A stretch of 64,000 bases of DNA from Lama glama (lineage: Eukaryota): the NCBI GenBank assembly GCA_028534125.1, contig CM052817.1, positions 64,296,001-64,360,000 on the forward strand, read 5' to 3'. Position 1 is the first letter of the stretch. Each line of letters opens with the position of its first letter. The notes under the pieces were generated by a model that had not been told where the DNA came from, searched no databases, and was given only the letters and a program-made list of their open reading frames with translations. Shown piece after piece: positions 24,703-37,133 of this stretch. The translations under genes and the position numbers were made by a program.

Positions 24703-26989
24703 TCATAAGAGATTTTTATTCCAAATTGTATTTCTTTCAAAAGATTACCAATTTAGGGGCTCAGCCATAATCAAATACCTATTTTTTTTCCTAAAGGGGG
24801 CAGGGGAAAGGAAGAAGTCTGGGGGTAGGGGGCAGAATTCATTATGCCCACTCTGAATATTCAACATTGAAACTTTTCCTGCTAAAGAAAAGTGACAAAT
24901 ATCAGGTTTGGGTCTCCAATGTTCACTTTACTGTCAGCCCTTTGTGACAGTGCTGCAAACTTGGATACAAGAGAAGAAATGTTCCCGCCTCGACCTGACA
25001 GCAGAGGGAAGTCAATGAAACAGCCACAGAGACGCAGAAAGCAACTCCCCTCCTCCCCTCCTCCTTTCCTTCCCTCCTCCCTACCTCCCCACCTCCAGGG
25101 GAGGACCCTTGGGGCTGAGGGCATGGGAGGATGTCTCCAGAAACAGAGCCTGAAAGGAAGAGCACCTTGGACAGGGAGGCTGGTTTTTGGAGGGGAGGGC
25201 AGTGCGCTGTCCTGTCCGGCATCTATGGTTAGATCCAGTCCACTGCACTGAAGGGTGCATGACAGCAAGGGCAAAAGAACAAAATGCCTATTTCTTCATT
25301 GTTCCTGTCGAATAAATAACTAGCTTCCATCCCTATATGATGCTAATTTTTAGCATCCTAATTGCAGCACAAGAGAGTCTCTTTAGCAGAGATTTTCTCA
25401 TTTTGTTTTCAGGGCTTTCAGGTTTAAAAATAAACTGGCATTTTTGGATTAATAAAAAATTCCATGAGGGATAAAATAGGCCACACTATTTTTTTTTTTC
25501 CTCATAAGCAAAGAACACCAGCTTCATGTGCTGATGAGATCAGTCACCCTTTGGTCATAGCCCTATACCACCCTCTCCCAGCTCCCCCAGTGTACCCTCC
25601 AGAAAGTAATGGGAAGAGATGCCACATCTTGCCAAGAAAAACAAGCTAGAGCTCCTCAATCTCAGCTGGGCATCAAAATCACCTGCAGGGATTAGAAAAA
25701 AACAAAAACAAAAACAAACAAAAACACCCCACTAATACCAGGGTCCCATCCTAGGCCTCCTGGTGGGAAGACTGAAATTTCCTAACAACTGACTGATTAC
25801 ACTGCTGTGTCCATGAAGGGGTGAAATATCAACTAATCCGTCAGAAGTCACCCCTCATCAGGGAGAGGGACCTCCTATGCTTGAAGAAAAGCCCACAGAA
25901 GAAAAACCCAGATGAGAAATATTTTTTTCTACACATGCCTTGACCTTCAAGATTTAAAATTATCTGAAGGCTAGAATGGTGGTTCTCAATCATTTGTTTA
26001 AGCAGTAGACCCCTTTTTTCAAGCAGAACTCTTTGTGGTATCCCAAAACATCAAACTTAATGGCTGAGCTTCTGCAGGGGAAAGAGAGGGCAGAGAACCT
26101 CTCACTCAGGCCTGGGCACACCTCAGGGAAGCCCTGGGCTGCTGGAAGCACAGTTTGAAAGCCACTGGGCCAGAATAAGACATTTCAATGGGATAAATAC
26201 ATAGCACTAAATCTAAATTCAAGTAATGCACTGGAGGGTTAGGGCTTCTGATTAGCGCTTAGCGCAGGGAAACGGGTTTAACAGAAGTTCACCTGAAAAA
26301 GAGATGAAGGTTTCATTTCCCTAGAAATTCAACTTGAGCCAACAATGTTCTCTGGCTGCCAGGACAAGCATGTGTGGTTCAGCCTGGGTTAAGAACTACT
26401 TCTTGTACTGAGACATTTTTCCTTTTAGAAAGTACCTTCACATGTGTGATCTCGTTTAATGTTAGGTAACAACTCTGCAAGCTATTGGAATTACATTCAA
26501 CACATTTTAGATAAGCAACTGAAGAAAGAATGTCAGAGTAACTAACTCCAGGACAAACCCAGGCTTCTGCCTCCAGGTCCAGCATGGCCCAGAGACTTAA
26601 GGGGGAGCTCGAAACTAACCGCCCACCACTCTCTGGAAGGTTGGAACAGTGTGTGCAAACGTGTTCCCTTCTGTTTGCTGCATTAATGGAGGTGTGTCCA
26701 AATGGGACCACAGGCCGAGTACCATGACCAGGACAAAGAACAATCTGGAAATAGTATATGCATAACAAATGGAAAAACTAAGAGCCTTTAAAGATGGAAA
26801 ACAGAAGGTTTAGGAATGGCAATAACAGCCATTTTTTTAATAACACAGGGCTAGGCAAAAGGAAGACAAGTTGTATGGTATCACCCAGGACTAACCTAGG
26901 CCCTTCCACTCTTCCTTCCCGAAAAATTCAGTCCTCAAGTTACGAGTAGGGGCACAGGAAGGAAGACCTTCATGCAGGGAAAGACATGG

Positions 26990-28370
26990 GGAGGGATGTG
27001 GAAGCCCAGAGCAGCGTAACAGAGCCTGATCAGTGTCCACAGTGGGATGTGGGGCTGGAGCATCAGCAGGTAAGGAGGGCAACCACGTGAGGGGCAGGGG
27101 GAGCAGTGGAAGACTGGCTACATAGGGGAGATTTAATTAAATAAGTACATTGTTAAGGATAATGGGAGCCAGAATTCTCACTGTCAAATATGGAAAAGGA
27201 AAAACCTAAAATAAACCCTGTGGCATCAGACAGGGATCTGAGGTACCACTGTAAACGCATAGTTTTCAAAATATATAGCTACGTATAAAAATGCAGATGT
27301 AAACATGTGCATATGTGTATATGCATACACATATTCCATAGTTCTGACCACTGAGATGCCCCAGCGGCGGTGATAGCCTCAGAGCAATAAGCACACTTTG
27401 TGACTGGATCTTGGCTTCTAGATATCATCCCCCACTCAAAGGAACCAGGACTTCTTGGGGAAATATATGATACAAAAGATGACAGCAGTAAATTTCAAGA
27501 TGAGCTTGGAACATCTTATTATACCAGAAAGCAAAGCAGTGCTCGAAAAATGATGGGAGTTAAAGGGCACAAGAGGCAGCGTGAAAAGATGGACTGCCAA
27601 ACCTGGGACCGACCGGAATGCCAAAGTAAGTAATAAGAATAACAGTTTAATTAAAACACACTAGGAAAAAAGAGATCGCAAGTTCTTAGTGATGTACTTA
27701 AATGAACAGATCGAAAATCTGATGAGGGATGAGCTATTTACATAGTTCCACAGTAACATGCCACAAAATATGTGTACCTTACAAAAGGGAAAAGAGTCAC
27801 TTTACGGTGGATAAACTTCGCAGACAACACTTTAATCAAGTAACCATCATCAGTAACGAACAGATACAAACAGAAATCACTGCCACCTGACGGATGCAGT
27901 GAGCAGAACACAGCAACATTTCTGTAATTCTCCCGCCAAAGAAGCACAGCCAGAATCTAAAGATGAGGAAATGGCAGGCAAGCCCACACTGAGGGACACT
28001 CTACAAAATAACTGGTTTAAAATCTTCAAAAGTGTCAAGAACCTGACATTGAACGACTAAAGGAGAAAAAGACCCAACTAAATACAACGTGTCTTCTGGA
28101 CTGAATTCCTTTGCTTGATGAGACATGATTGGAACACCTAGGAAACTTGAATGATGGTAGTAATGTATCAGTGATAATCGCCTAGCTTTGATGGCTGTAC
28201 TGTGGTCATCTAGGAGACTATCCTAGTTTACAGGAAATATACACTGAAGTATTGGTGTGATAGCCATCACGCTAGCATCTTTTTCTCAAATGATTCAGGA
28301 AAAAAACAAATTGTACCACTTGCAATTTCTCTGCAGATCTGACATTGTTTCAAAATAAAAATTAAAAATC
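26990..28370 (+). mobile_element. Old L1M (L1MC-like) 3' region
   Basis: Long degenerate stretch with L1MC-type 3'UTR motifs (gggagccagaattctcactgtc, gagggacactctacaaaataactgg, ttgcaatttctctg...ttcaaaataaaa). Confidence 0.65.
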
Positions 28371-30231
28371 AACAACAGTAAATTAGGAAGATAGAATCTG
28401 GGGGAAAAGGTTACATCTAGTGTGAGGGATTGATGAAACTCTGAAGTGATTAAAGTGGTCCCAAAACAGATCCATCCTTAGAAAGGTTGGCAGGATGTTA
28501 CAGAGAAAGTGCCTCACTGATTAGAAAGTGAGAGAAGATGACACCTCTGTACTTTCCAATGATTTCATAATTCATTCATTCAACAAATATTTATTAAAAA
28601 CCTACTGTGTTTCAGACAATCTGCTAGACCATGAGCTTACGAAAATGAGTAACAATCTCTGCAGTTGAAGCCCTTATATTCCAGTGAAGGATGATGATTC
28701 AGAAGTCTTGTTAGAATTTTAAGACAATCATCAGTATTACATATAGAAAAAAGCATGTGACTCAAGAACACTGTCTTGAATACTCCATTTTTCATTTACG
28801 AACTTTTAGTGACTACACAATAGTTTATTATTCTATCATATTCTTTAACAACATTTTCATCCTAACTTTTTGCACTTGTGGGTGGTGTTAACTGAGGCAT
28901 ATGCAAAATCTTCATCACTTTTCAATTATGAACAGATGTAAATGACTTGCTTGATGTTTTATTTTAGAATAACAAGCATCTTCTAAAATAAGTTTCAAAG
29001 GAGAAGCTAGGGCTATAGTTATGCAAGAGACTTAACATTCTAGAAGTGAACCCTGATATGTTCTTCAACACGTTGAAAGTCATTCCACGTTCCTGCTCTC
29101 CAATTTCTTCGTCTGTCGCGAAGATGTCATAATAGGCTTGTAAAATGCTTTGAGATGCTTTGAAGAAGGACATCATAATTACAAAGCTCTGTTAAAATAC
29201 AGGTTGCTTATACCCTTGGCCTGGGACTAACTATTACCGTGGATGTATTAAGACAGAGTGATCCATCTAAATGAGCTCACCTTGGCAATTTTATGGTGGG
29301 TGGAACCTTACTTGGTTTTCCAACTTTTCCCCTTGGCTTCATTTGAATCTTCCGGGCATATCATCAAGTGAGAATGCTTCACTGCCTTCTCACTGACCCA
29401 AGAATGAACAACCAGACCAAGTAAGTCAGTATTCAATTCCTTTCCCCACTGAGGTCTGTACACCCTTCTTACATTTTTCCCATTTGACACTTTCATAACC
29501 ATATTTAGCTTTCTTCCTACCACCTCCCTGTAATTCAAAAGGCAATTTAGACTCCCATATGGTTGCCATCGAAGCTAACAGATGTCTAGCAAATTAAAAC
29601 AAAAATTATGACTTATAAACTGCTGATGTATCATCATCCCAGAACATCTTACAATTTATAGTGAATCATAAGATAAGGCTTCCCACTTGATGCCTCCCGC
29701 AAGGTTCCCTAAATCTCTCTCCTCTGAATTTAAGCCCTGTGGAAACAAATTAGATGCAACATTCTGCCATCAAACTTGGATAAACCTCCACTTAAAGACA
29801 CAATGTAATATTTGAAAGCATATCAAAGAAAAATTTGGCCTCAAGTATCAAAGGCTTTCTAAACTCTGTACAGCAAAGAAAAGAGAACAATGACTTGATC
29901 TCCCAAGTCATTCAAGCCTTCCACTGGTCCACTGGGCTTCTTTCAAATAAGATTAAATCTGCTGAATCCATTCACCTCAACTTCTTGGCATATCTTAAGA
30001 GGAGCATCATTACCTGGTAGTAAGGATGGTGGAGTACCAGGCTAATAAGGTATTCTAGAAATTCTATAGCCAGGATGAAATTAGTATGAAATCTGGAGAC
30101 AATGACACAAACCATATTCACCATTTGTTAAATACTGAGACACTGTGCTGAGTCGTACCTTATTGCATCCTTGAATCCACAACTCTATTGAATGATGTTA
30201 TCTTTCCTTTATAAAAAAAATTAAGGATCAG

Positions 30232-30718
30232 TGCAGCAGACTATTTTCCAGAGATGGTCACAACCCACACAACCTTGACACTTGTCCAACAAAAGAAGGA
30301 ATTGCTTTCTTTGCCCCTCCGAAACTGAGCAGGTTCCACATATGCTTTAAACAGTGGAAAAGATAAAAGTGACACTGGGCCAGTTCCGGGAGTAGCCTTA
30401 ACTGACTGGAAGTTTCTTCTTCCAGTCTCAGAGACAGGGAGAAGCCATGTCTAGGTGCTCCAGCCAACAACCCTGGCTGAGCTCTCAGCAAGCATCACCT
30501 GCCAGTCACGTGAGTACGCCATCTTGGGTATCCCACCCCTGTGAGCCTTCAGGTAACTGCAGCCCAGTCCCAGCCCACTGCAACTGCATGGGAGATTCCA
30601 AGTGCAAATCACCCAGATGAGCCTGGTCAAATCACAGAACTATCAGACACAATACAATTTTATTTTAAACCACTAAGTTTTGGGGTTGTTTGTTATGTAG
30701 CAATAGATAACCAGAATA
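30232..30718 (+). mobile_element. MaLR LTR (MLT1G/H-like)
   Basis: Ends in the MLT1 signature ttttaaaccactaagttttggggttgtttgttatgtagcaatagataaccagaata. Confidence 0.8.
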
Positions 30719-33700
30719 CTAAGAGATCAATTTACTTCCCTAAGAACAGTGAAGTATTAGAGCCAGAATATAAAAAGGTCCAGAGCAAAACATCTATAAT
30801 GGTGAGTGATGAGATGTGGGGGTTCAGTACCCAAAAGAAGCAATTTTAAAATAAAACTGCCTTTCTCTTCCCTCCCCCACCCCAAAGCAGCCTCAGGGTT
30901 TTCTGAGAAATGTCCCAATATGGTGACACTCTCAATGAAATCAATTCCCTTCTGGCTTGAGTTCTTCCAATATAGAATAGGGAAAATAAGATTTTCCCCA
31001 TTCCCCCTGATAACTAATGAGAAAGGAATCTGTACAAGACGTTGACTTTGTTACTTAGAATATCATTACAACCATTATAAAAAGTATTCAGATTTTGCAC
31101 ATGAAACTGTAATAATAAAAATATATTTAATGACTCACAGGACTACATTTGAGATTCACAGTGGGGAAAGGAAAGAATGTATATTATGCCAATAAGTGAA
31201 TAAGCCAAGAAGAAATTAGGGAAAGATTTTTCTTTTTAATGAAAGGATCTTTGAGAGTAAAAAAAATGACCTTCAGACAAGTCTCAGTAAGAGAAAAAGT
31301 CTATAATTTAATAAGTGTCCCAATATATACTTCTTTCATGATATATTAGTGCCCATTTCTTCTATTTTTCTTCCCCGCATATTAGAGCTCAGTAGACTCA
31401 TTCTTTTTCAGAACCAGAAAGAACCTTACAACTTGTCTAACTCTTCATTTTAACAGCTGAGAAATTGAGGTCTAGGGCAGTTAACTGACTAGCAAGAAGT
31501 CAAACTACTCATTAGTAAGAGAACCAAGCTCTTAGAGCTGGTGCTACTGTGTTCTCAATTTTTATTTTCCCAGAACCTTACCTCAAAATGTCTTCAATGT
31601 TTTTAAATTTCTAACCTAGAATTTCACAATGTGAAAATGGAAAATTAGGAAACCATGCTCTCTGTGATCAATCTCTTGTTCATAATCTTTTAAGAGCAGC
31701 CCCGAGTCTGCCGTTTCTGGCAGTCGCAGACAGGATGGTGACTCTGTACAGAGCAGAGGTGTGCAACTGTACAGAAGCAGCCTAGCAGTTACTGACCCCA
31801 GTCATTCAGTCACTAACGTCTTAGTCTGAATAACTGTGATCAAATAGCATGGCCACCTGCCTGCTGACTATCACTCTAGAGACCAGGGTACTGACAAACT
31901 GAGAGATTCAAATATCGGGTAATTTTGAAACAGACAGCAGATTAGGGAAGGTGTAAAGGGTTATGGGAGTGGAAGGCTTTAGGCACAGATAGGAGGAACA
32001 AGGTGTGTAAAAAGCAAAGTAAGAGAGGGGCCCCGATAACAAAGGCATCTATGAAATAATTCCACCTGGGGCAGCTGGTTTCGTTCCAGAGACTAAATCT
32101 CCTTTCAGGCATCCCATAAAACTCCCCTCCAGAGATGAAGACCTTCAAAATCAGACTCTCTTCTGGAACTCTCTATGCAAGCATGCTGCAATTCTTTGAA
32201 GCTCTCCACAATTCTAGAGGTTTTGCTACAACCTAGTCCACAGAAAATACTAAATGTGCCTCTGTACACTACAAAATTATGCCAAACTGTCAGGGAAACA
32301 GGCCCAAATCCCTTTATTTCTTTTCCACCTCTTGCTATGAAACTGCAGAGAAAGCCCCTGGGTGCCTTTTGTTGCCTGGTAGCTGAAATGTGCAACTTTT
32401 GGAAGTGTTCAAGTAGAATCAAGAGGCTTGGACTCACTACCCTCACAAGATCTGGCCCCAATTCCGTAGTCCCTGACTCTCAAAGTCATGAAAGTTTCAA
32501 GTTCAAATAAAATCAAAATGCCTCAGTCAGAAATGTGACGACCCACCACTTTTAAACGTTCCCAAGAGGGACTGAAAAAAAGAAAGCAAAGAAATAATTT
32601 CTTCTTCCTATATTTGTAGCAGTGTCTGACTGCAGGGAGGGGGTGACAGCTAATAGGAATCATGTCTCATCCCTGACAAAAAATTGCCTGTGAAGGACTG
32701 AATCTGGTATTTATTCACGTGTCCCCCCTCATTATCTTTATCAGTCCTTGAGGTCAGATGACATATTAATACAGAAAGTGATCTCCAACCCCTTCCACTT
32801 CCTTTCGCAAAACATGCGTGAGTAATGCAGGATGCTCCTACAGAAAACAGAAAATGAAAACAAAATAGCCTGGTAAATGCGTGGTAGGAAAAAAAAGAAT
32901 ATAGAGAGCTATATTGACAACTATTCTCATAGATGTATATGTTTACAGCAAAGGCCTAAATTAAAGGAGAATCAAAATAAATACCCCTTGTGTTCAGACT
33001 GCTGTGGATTATTATTGATCCCACCATTGGGTTTTTGTTTATCTCATACTAAACCTATACTGAACAGCAACTTGGAGAACCCTCCAAACCCCAGACAGCC
33101 ACCATCTTTACTGTCCATGGGAGGAGAACGGGGAGAAGAGTGCACAGTAAGGAAGAGGATGGGATGGGATGGGACGAGATGGAGAAGAAAAATAACAAGG
33201 TCCTTGAACCAACATTTTCCCCTTGTCCTGTGAACTCTTTGTCTGGTTGCTGAACATGTTTGTGAGATCAAGGAAAAGAAACAAACAAAAGAGTAGGCGT
33301 CCCAGCCTAATTACAATAGGTGCCCAGCACACTGTAGTGCCAGCAGAGCATGGTCTGAATCTTTCGTTCAAGCATCTGCTCTCTTGATAGCCCCCTAAAG
33401 CATGTCTCATACACCTTCTCCTTTGCATTTCTCCAAGGTTTCCCCCAAACGGCCCCGCTCCATGTCACTCCTCAGAAAAGGAGGACGTGAGGCACGAACA
33501 CACTGAAACATATGTTGATGGTGACTTATTAACCTGACAGTAATATAAGAGAGAAAAATAAATCCCTCAACCCCACACGCCCACTGGTCAGTCCATTATG
33601 CAAAAGGAGCGCCTTCCAGATGAAGAGGAAGAGCGTGCAGTAAACGTTATTTACGTACACATTACAGAACCATATACCACCGCATCTGCATCCTACACAA

Positions 33701-34049
33701 AGCCTGAGATGGTGCAAGAAGATACACGCTGAGCATGGCACAGACCAGCCGCGGCAACACGGAGCCAAGCCCTTGTCCAATCAGATCCTTGTTAGAAGGT
33801 GGACCTCAGGGTCGGCTCTACCCGATTAGCCTTCCCTATTATGACACCACGCTCTGACCAACATCCATATCCCACCGGGAGCAAATCTCATTCGAATGGT
33901 TGCTCATTTCTCAAACGGCCGAGCCCTTTCTTTCATCTGCATCCCTGCTATTCGTCCCTTAAAAAGCCAACCCAAGGCCTGGGTGCCCCCTTTCCGGCTC
34001 GATTTTTCTTTTTACCTCTTCTCATTCCTAGAAAGGATTAAATGTTTAT

Positions 34050-35260
34050 CTCTCCAACGCGCAGGCTGGAAAAGCGGAAGGCAAATGCCTTTCAGTGCTC
34101 CGGCAAGCTCCCAAAGGTCTGCGAAAAGTAAAGGCAGCGAGCAACGTGGGGGAAATCGTCGCGAATCGACCGGCCACAATAGTTGAAATCCCAGAAGTGC
34201 TCCAACTTACCCAAAATATGACATTGAAGCCAAATATGAAATATTTGATGCAACAACTGACTTCAGGACCCTTGTAATGCTTCCCGGACATCCTCTGGGT
34301 TCATGAAGACACTTGCCCCGGCAGCCCGAGTTTGGAGCCCCGGAGCACGGTTGCTCGGAGCAGTCCGGCGGGAAACTGGGGCTCAGGGACGCTGCTCGGG
34401 GCCGCGGCGCGGCGGCCGGGGCTGAGCAGCGCAGGGACCGACCGGCGCAGAGCGGCTCCCGCACCTCCAGCCCCTCGCGCGCCGAGGCCGCCGGAGCCGG
34501 CGTGGCCGCGATCCGGCGGGGAAGCGCGCGTTGCAAGCCCCGAGCTTCGCTGAAGCTGGCCTCGAGCACAAGGCGAGCTCCTAAGTCCCTCTGCCAGGCG
34601 ATCTGTCCGTCGGTCCGTCTCCGGGCTTCGGGCAAATGCGGCCGCGGCAGATGCTGGTGGAGACGCTACTCGCTCCCTCCCACCCCTCGCTCCGCCCGCC
34701 GATCGCTCCGCCCGCTCAGCCTGCAGCTCCTCCGCCCGCGCCGCCTGCAGCTCCGCCCGCCGCCCGCCGCCTGCCGCCCAAGCCTCAGCGAGGTGCGCGC
34801 GCGCACGGGCTCGGGCGCTCCCGGGCGGCCGCTGTGCACCACGTAGCCGCGCCGCCCCTCCTTCCAGCGCTCTGCACTCCTCCTGCACCCTTTCTCCCCG
34901 CCCCTTCTCAGGCCAGCTCTGAGCGCCGCCGACCCCCGGGCACTGCAGCGGGGTAGGTGGGGAGGAAGGCAGGCAGAAGGGAGAAGGAAGGGTACCCGAG
35001 GAGAGCGCCCATTGGGAGCAGCCTGGAGGAGTGACCGGGATTGATAAGCAGTGGGTCTCCCTCTGCCACTCGCAGCAGCAGGCGGCTTCTGGAGGGACGT
35101 GGGGGAGAAGGTGGCTTCGGGGCGAGAGGGCTGGGTGAGTAGCGATCCTGAGTGAGAGTCCCCCAGCCGACAAGCCTCCATCTGGGTGTAGTCACACTCG
35201 CGCCCCCTCCACCACCCGGTTACGTTGCAAGAGAACACGCCGGGCCACCGAACCGGAGAG
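34050..35260. promoter_or_regulatory. TSPAN5: CpG island: TSPAN5 promoter and 5'UTR
   Basis: Very high GC and CpG density. Clustered GC boxes (CCGCCC) at ~34690-34780, the palindrome GTGCGCGCGCGCAC at 34793-34806, and CCAAT on the minus strand at 35011-35015. No TATA box is evident. Confidence 0.92.
34211..34291 (-). CDS. TSPAN5: Tetraspanin-5, first coding exon (27 codons, phase-0 donor)
   Basis: Translates to MSGKHYKGPEVSCCIKYFIFGFNVIFW, the TSPAN5 N-terminus and start of TM1 (TSPAN17 begins MPGKHQHF instead). It is followed directly by the donor TGG|GTAAGT (plus strand acttac at 34205-34210). The ATG has A at -3, and an in-frame TGA lies 9 nt upstream. Confidence 0.97.
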
Positions 35261-35929
35261 GAAATGGGTCGTAGACTTTGCTGGGAGCAAAGGGGAAGGA
35301 TAAGGTGTTAGGGAAGGGGGAGAAAAGAGAGACGGGAAACGGAGGGGGGTTGGGGGGGGGAGAGCGAATGTGGAGGGTTGCACAAGAAAGCCCCCGGAAT
35401 CCCAGTGCTGTGGCTCCATCCCAACCTCCCTATCTGCGAGAGGAAGAGGCTTATCCTAGAAATGGGGACGAGGAAGGAGAGATGGCCCAAAGGAGTCCTG
35501 ACCGGGGACACGATCCTCGCCCTAGGTCTGTTTCCAACAACACAAACCCAGCTGCAAATGAGTCCCCCACCCCCTGCTCCGAAATGGAATAGTGCCCAAA
35601 GGAACTTGACCGGTCCTAACTCCAAGAAGGAATCCAGAAGGAGTTCCAGGACGGTCTTCTGGGGAATCTGAATTGGGTTTATAGCTCATGACCGATTAAG
35701 CTTTTGACCTCTGAGAAAGATAGAACGTGGCTGGAAATTGGGTTGTAACCCTATCTGAGAAGATCTGCCCATGGGTTGCGTGTCTGCCCACCTCCTGGAG
35801 GGTTTCATGGGTTCTGGCAAGCCAGTACCAGTATTTCATGGAAAAAGAATGAAGAACCGCTCAGAACTCTGTGTAAACATCTGTGGGAATTTTTTTAAGG
35901 CTTCAGAAAGCTAGAAAGAGATGAGATCA

Positions 35930-36040
35930 GGAAAAATTTCCAGCCCCACCTCGTGTAACCTGGTACTGGGGACAGAAATCTGCATGTTTCCTAAGGTCCC
36001 CAGGTGATACTTAAGTACACTGAAGTTTGAGAACCTTTGG
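35930..36040. mobile_element. MER5-like hAT MITE fragment
   Basis: aatctgcatgtttcctaaggtccccaggtgat...gaagtttgagaacc. Confidence 0.6.
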
Positions 36041-36721
36041 CATAGGGTTTCCCTAGTTAACTAAAAGTAAGAACTTTTCTCAAAAACTAGCTAGCTAGTT
36101 GATAACCTTATGGAGCAGCAAGAAGTTACTTTTTCTTGCAATAAACCACACGTCTATAGGCTTGTCCTTGAGAGGGATTGGGGCCATTCTGAGGTCACAG
36201 ATAGGAGCCAGGGTACCCACAAAGGTAGAAGGAGATCTGACCCATTCAATACCCCAGAACTATGACACTGGCTAACAGTAACTTTAGCCATTTGGATAAA
36301 CTAACCCTCTCTCCCTCAAGTGTCCTCCACTCACCCGAAACACTCAGCATACTACCACCAATCTGGTAGACTTCAAAGGAAAAGTCTGCTTTCAGCAGCA
36401 GGTTCCCTACTAATAGGAAGGCACTGGCAAGGTTTACCTAAGTCTATTTGTGCTATATTGTAATTCTTTCCATATATGAATAGAACAGTTGCTGCAGATT
36501 CCCAGATAAGTCAGAGGAAAGATCTATCTTAAGCTGATGTGACACAATTTAGAAAAGGACTAGAAATTAGATCCAGCTGATGACTGAGTTGATCCCTAAA
36601 CAGGATTTATCTTCAAAATAAAACTCAACAGAGAAGGGGAAGTTCAGATAACTCACTGGTAATTTGGAGGGCAGGGGGTAGCTAGTTGAATTCTCATTTC
36701 ATATGTCAAAAGTAAGTTCTA

Positions 36722-37009
36722 CAGATGCACAGACATAGAAAACAAACTTACGGTTACCGGAGGGTAAGGGAGCTGAGAAGGGATAAATTGGGAGTTCGAG
36801 ATTTACAGATACTGACTACTATATATAAAATAAACAACAAGTTTATACTGTCTAGCACAGGGAACCATATTCAATGTCTTGTAGTGACCTATAATGAAAA
36901 AGAATATGAAAACAAATATATGTATGTATATGTATGACTGAACTATTATGCTGTACACCAGAAATTGACACAACATTGCAAACTGACTATACATCAATAA
37001 AAATAAATA
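36722..37009 (+). mobile_element. Short, relatively young L1 3'UTR insertion
   Basis: L1 3'UTR with A-rich tail and a perfect 14-bp TSD aaaagtaagttcta (36708-36721 and 37010-37023). Confidence 0.93.
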
Positions 37010-37100
37010 AAAAGTAAGTTCTAGGAGGATTTATGAGTTAAATATACTTTTTAAAGCAAACCAGAAAATAGAATACTATTTGTTAAACTCTGGCTAGAAG

Positions 37101-37133
37101 CATTCCGTGTAATGGTGAGCACTCTGGACTCTG
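37101..37133 (+). pseudogene. tRNA-Gln(CTG) 5'-half retro-insertion (tailless retropseudogene-like)
   Basis: GTGTAATGGTGAGCACTCTGGACTCTG (37107-37133) matches the D-arm to anticodon of mammalian tRNA-Gln-CTG as I recall it. It is flanked by the 14-bp direct repeat ACTCTGGCTAGAAG (37087-37100 and 37128-37141). Confidence 0.8.

Larger units (their letters stand above)
1..34210 (-). other. TSPAN5: TSPAN5 intron 1 (5' portion; continues beyond the window start)
   Basis: GT donor at 34210. No sequence encoding the expected exon 2 peptide (FLGITFLGIGLWAWNEK) was seen downstream in the window. Confidence 0.85.

Noticed and set aside
28964..29176. 70-aa minus-strand ORF with a few retained CpGs (QAYYDIFATDEEIGEQER)
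   Set aside because: No homology I recognise and no convincing splice sites. It might be conserved non-coding sequence, but I cannot support that without alignments.
34046..34210. Continuation of the TSPAN5 ORF to 81 aa
   Set aside because: This is read-through into intron 1. TSPAN5 similarity ends exactly at the GTAAGT donor.
34301..35173. 290-aa minus-strand ORF and the other overlapping ORFs across the CpG island
   Set aside because: No ATG start, and the Ala/Arg/Pro/Gly-rich composition is expected from stop-poor GC-rich DNA. It is in frame with TSPAN5 but closed by TGA 9 nt before the ATG.
35195..35216. Possible CTCF site (minus strand GGAGGGGGCGC)
   Set aside because: Only the 3' half of the motif matches, which is expected by chance in a CpG island.
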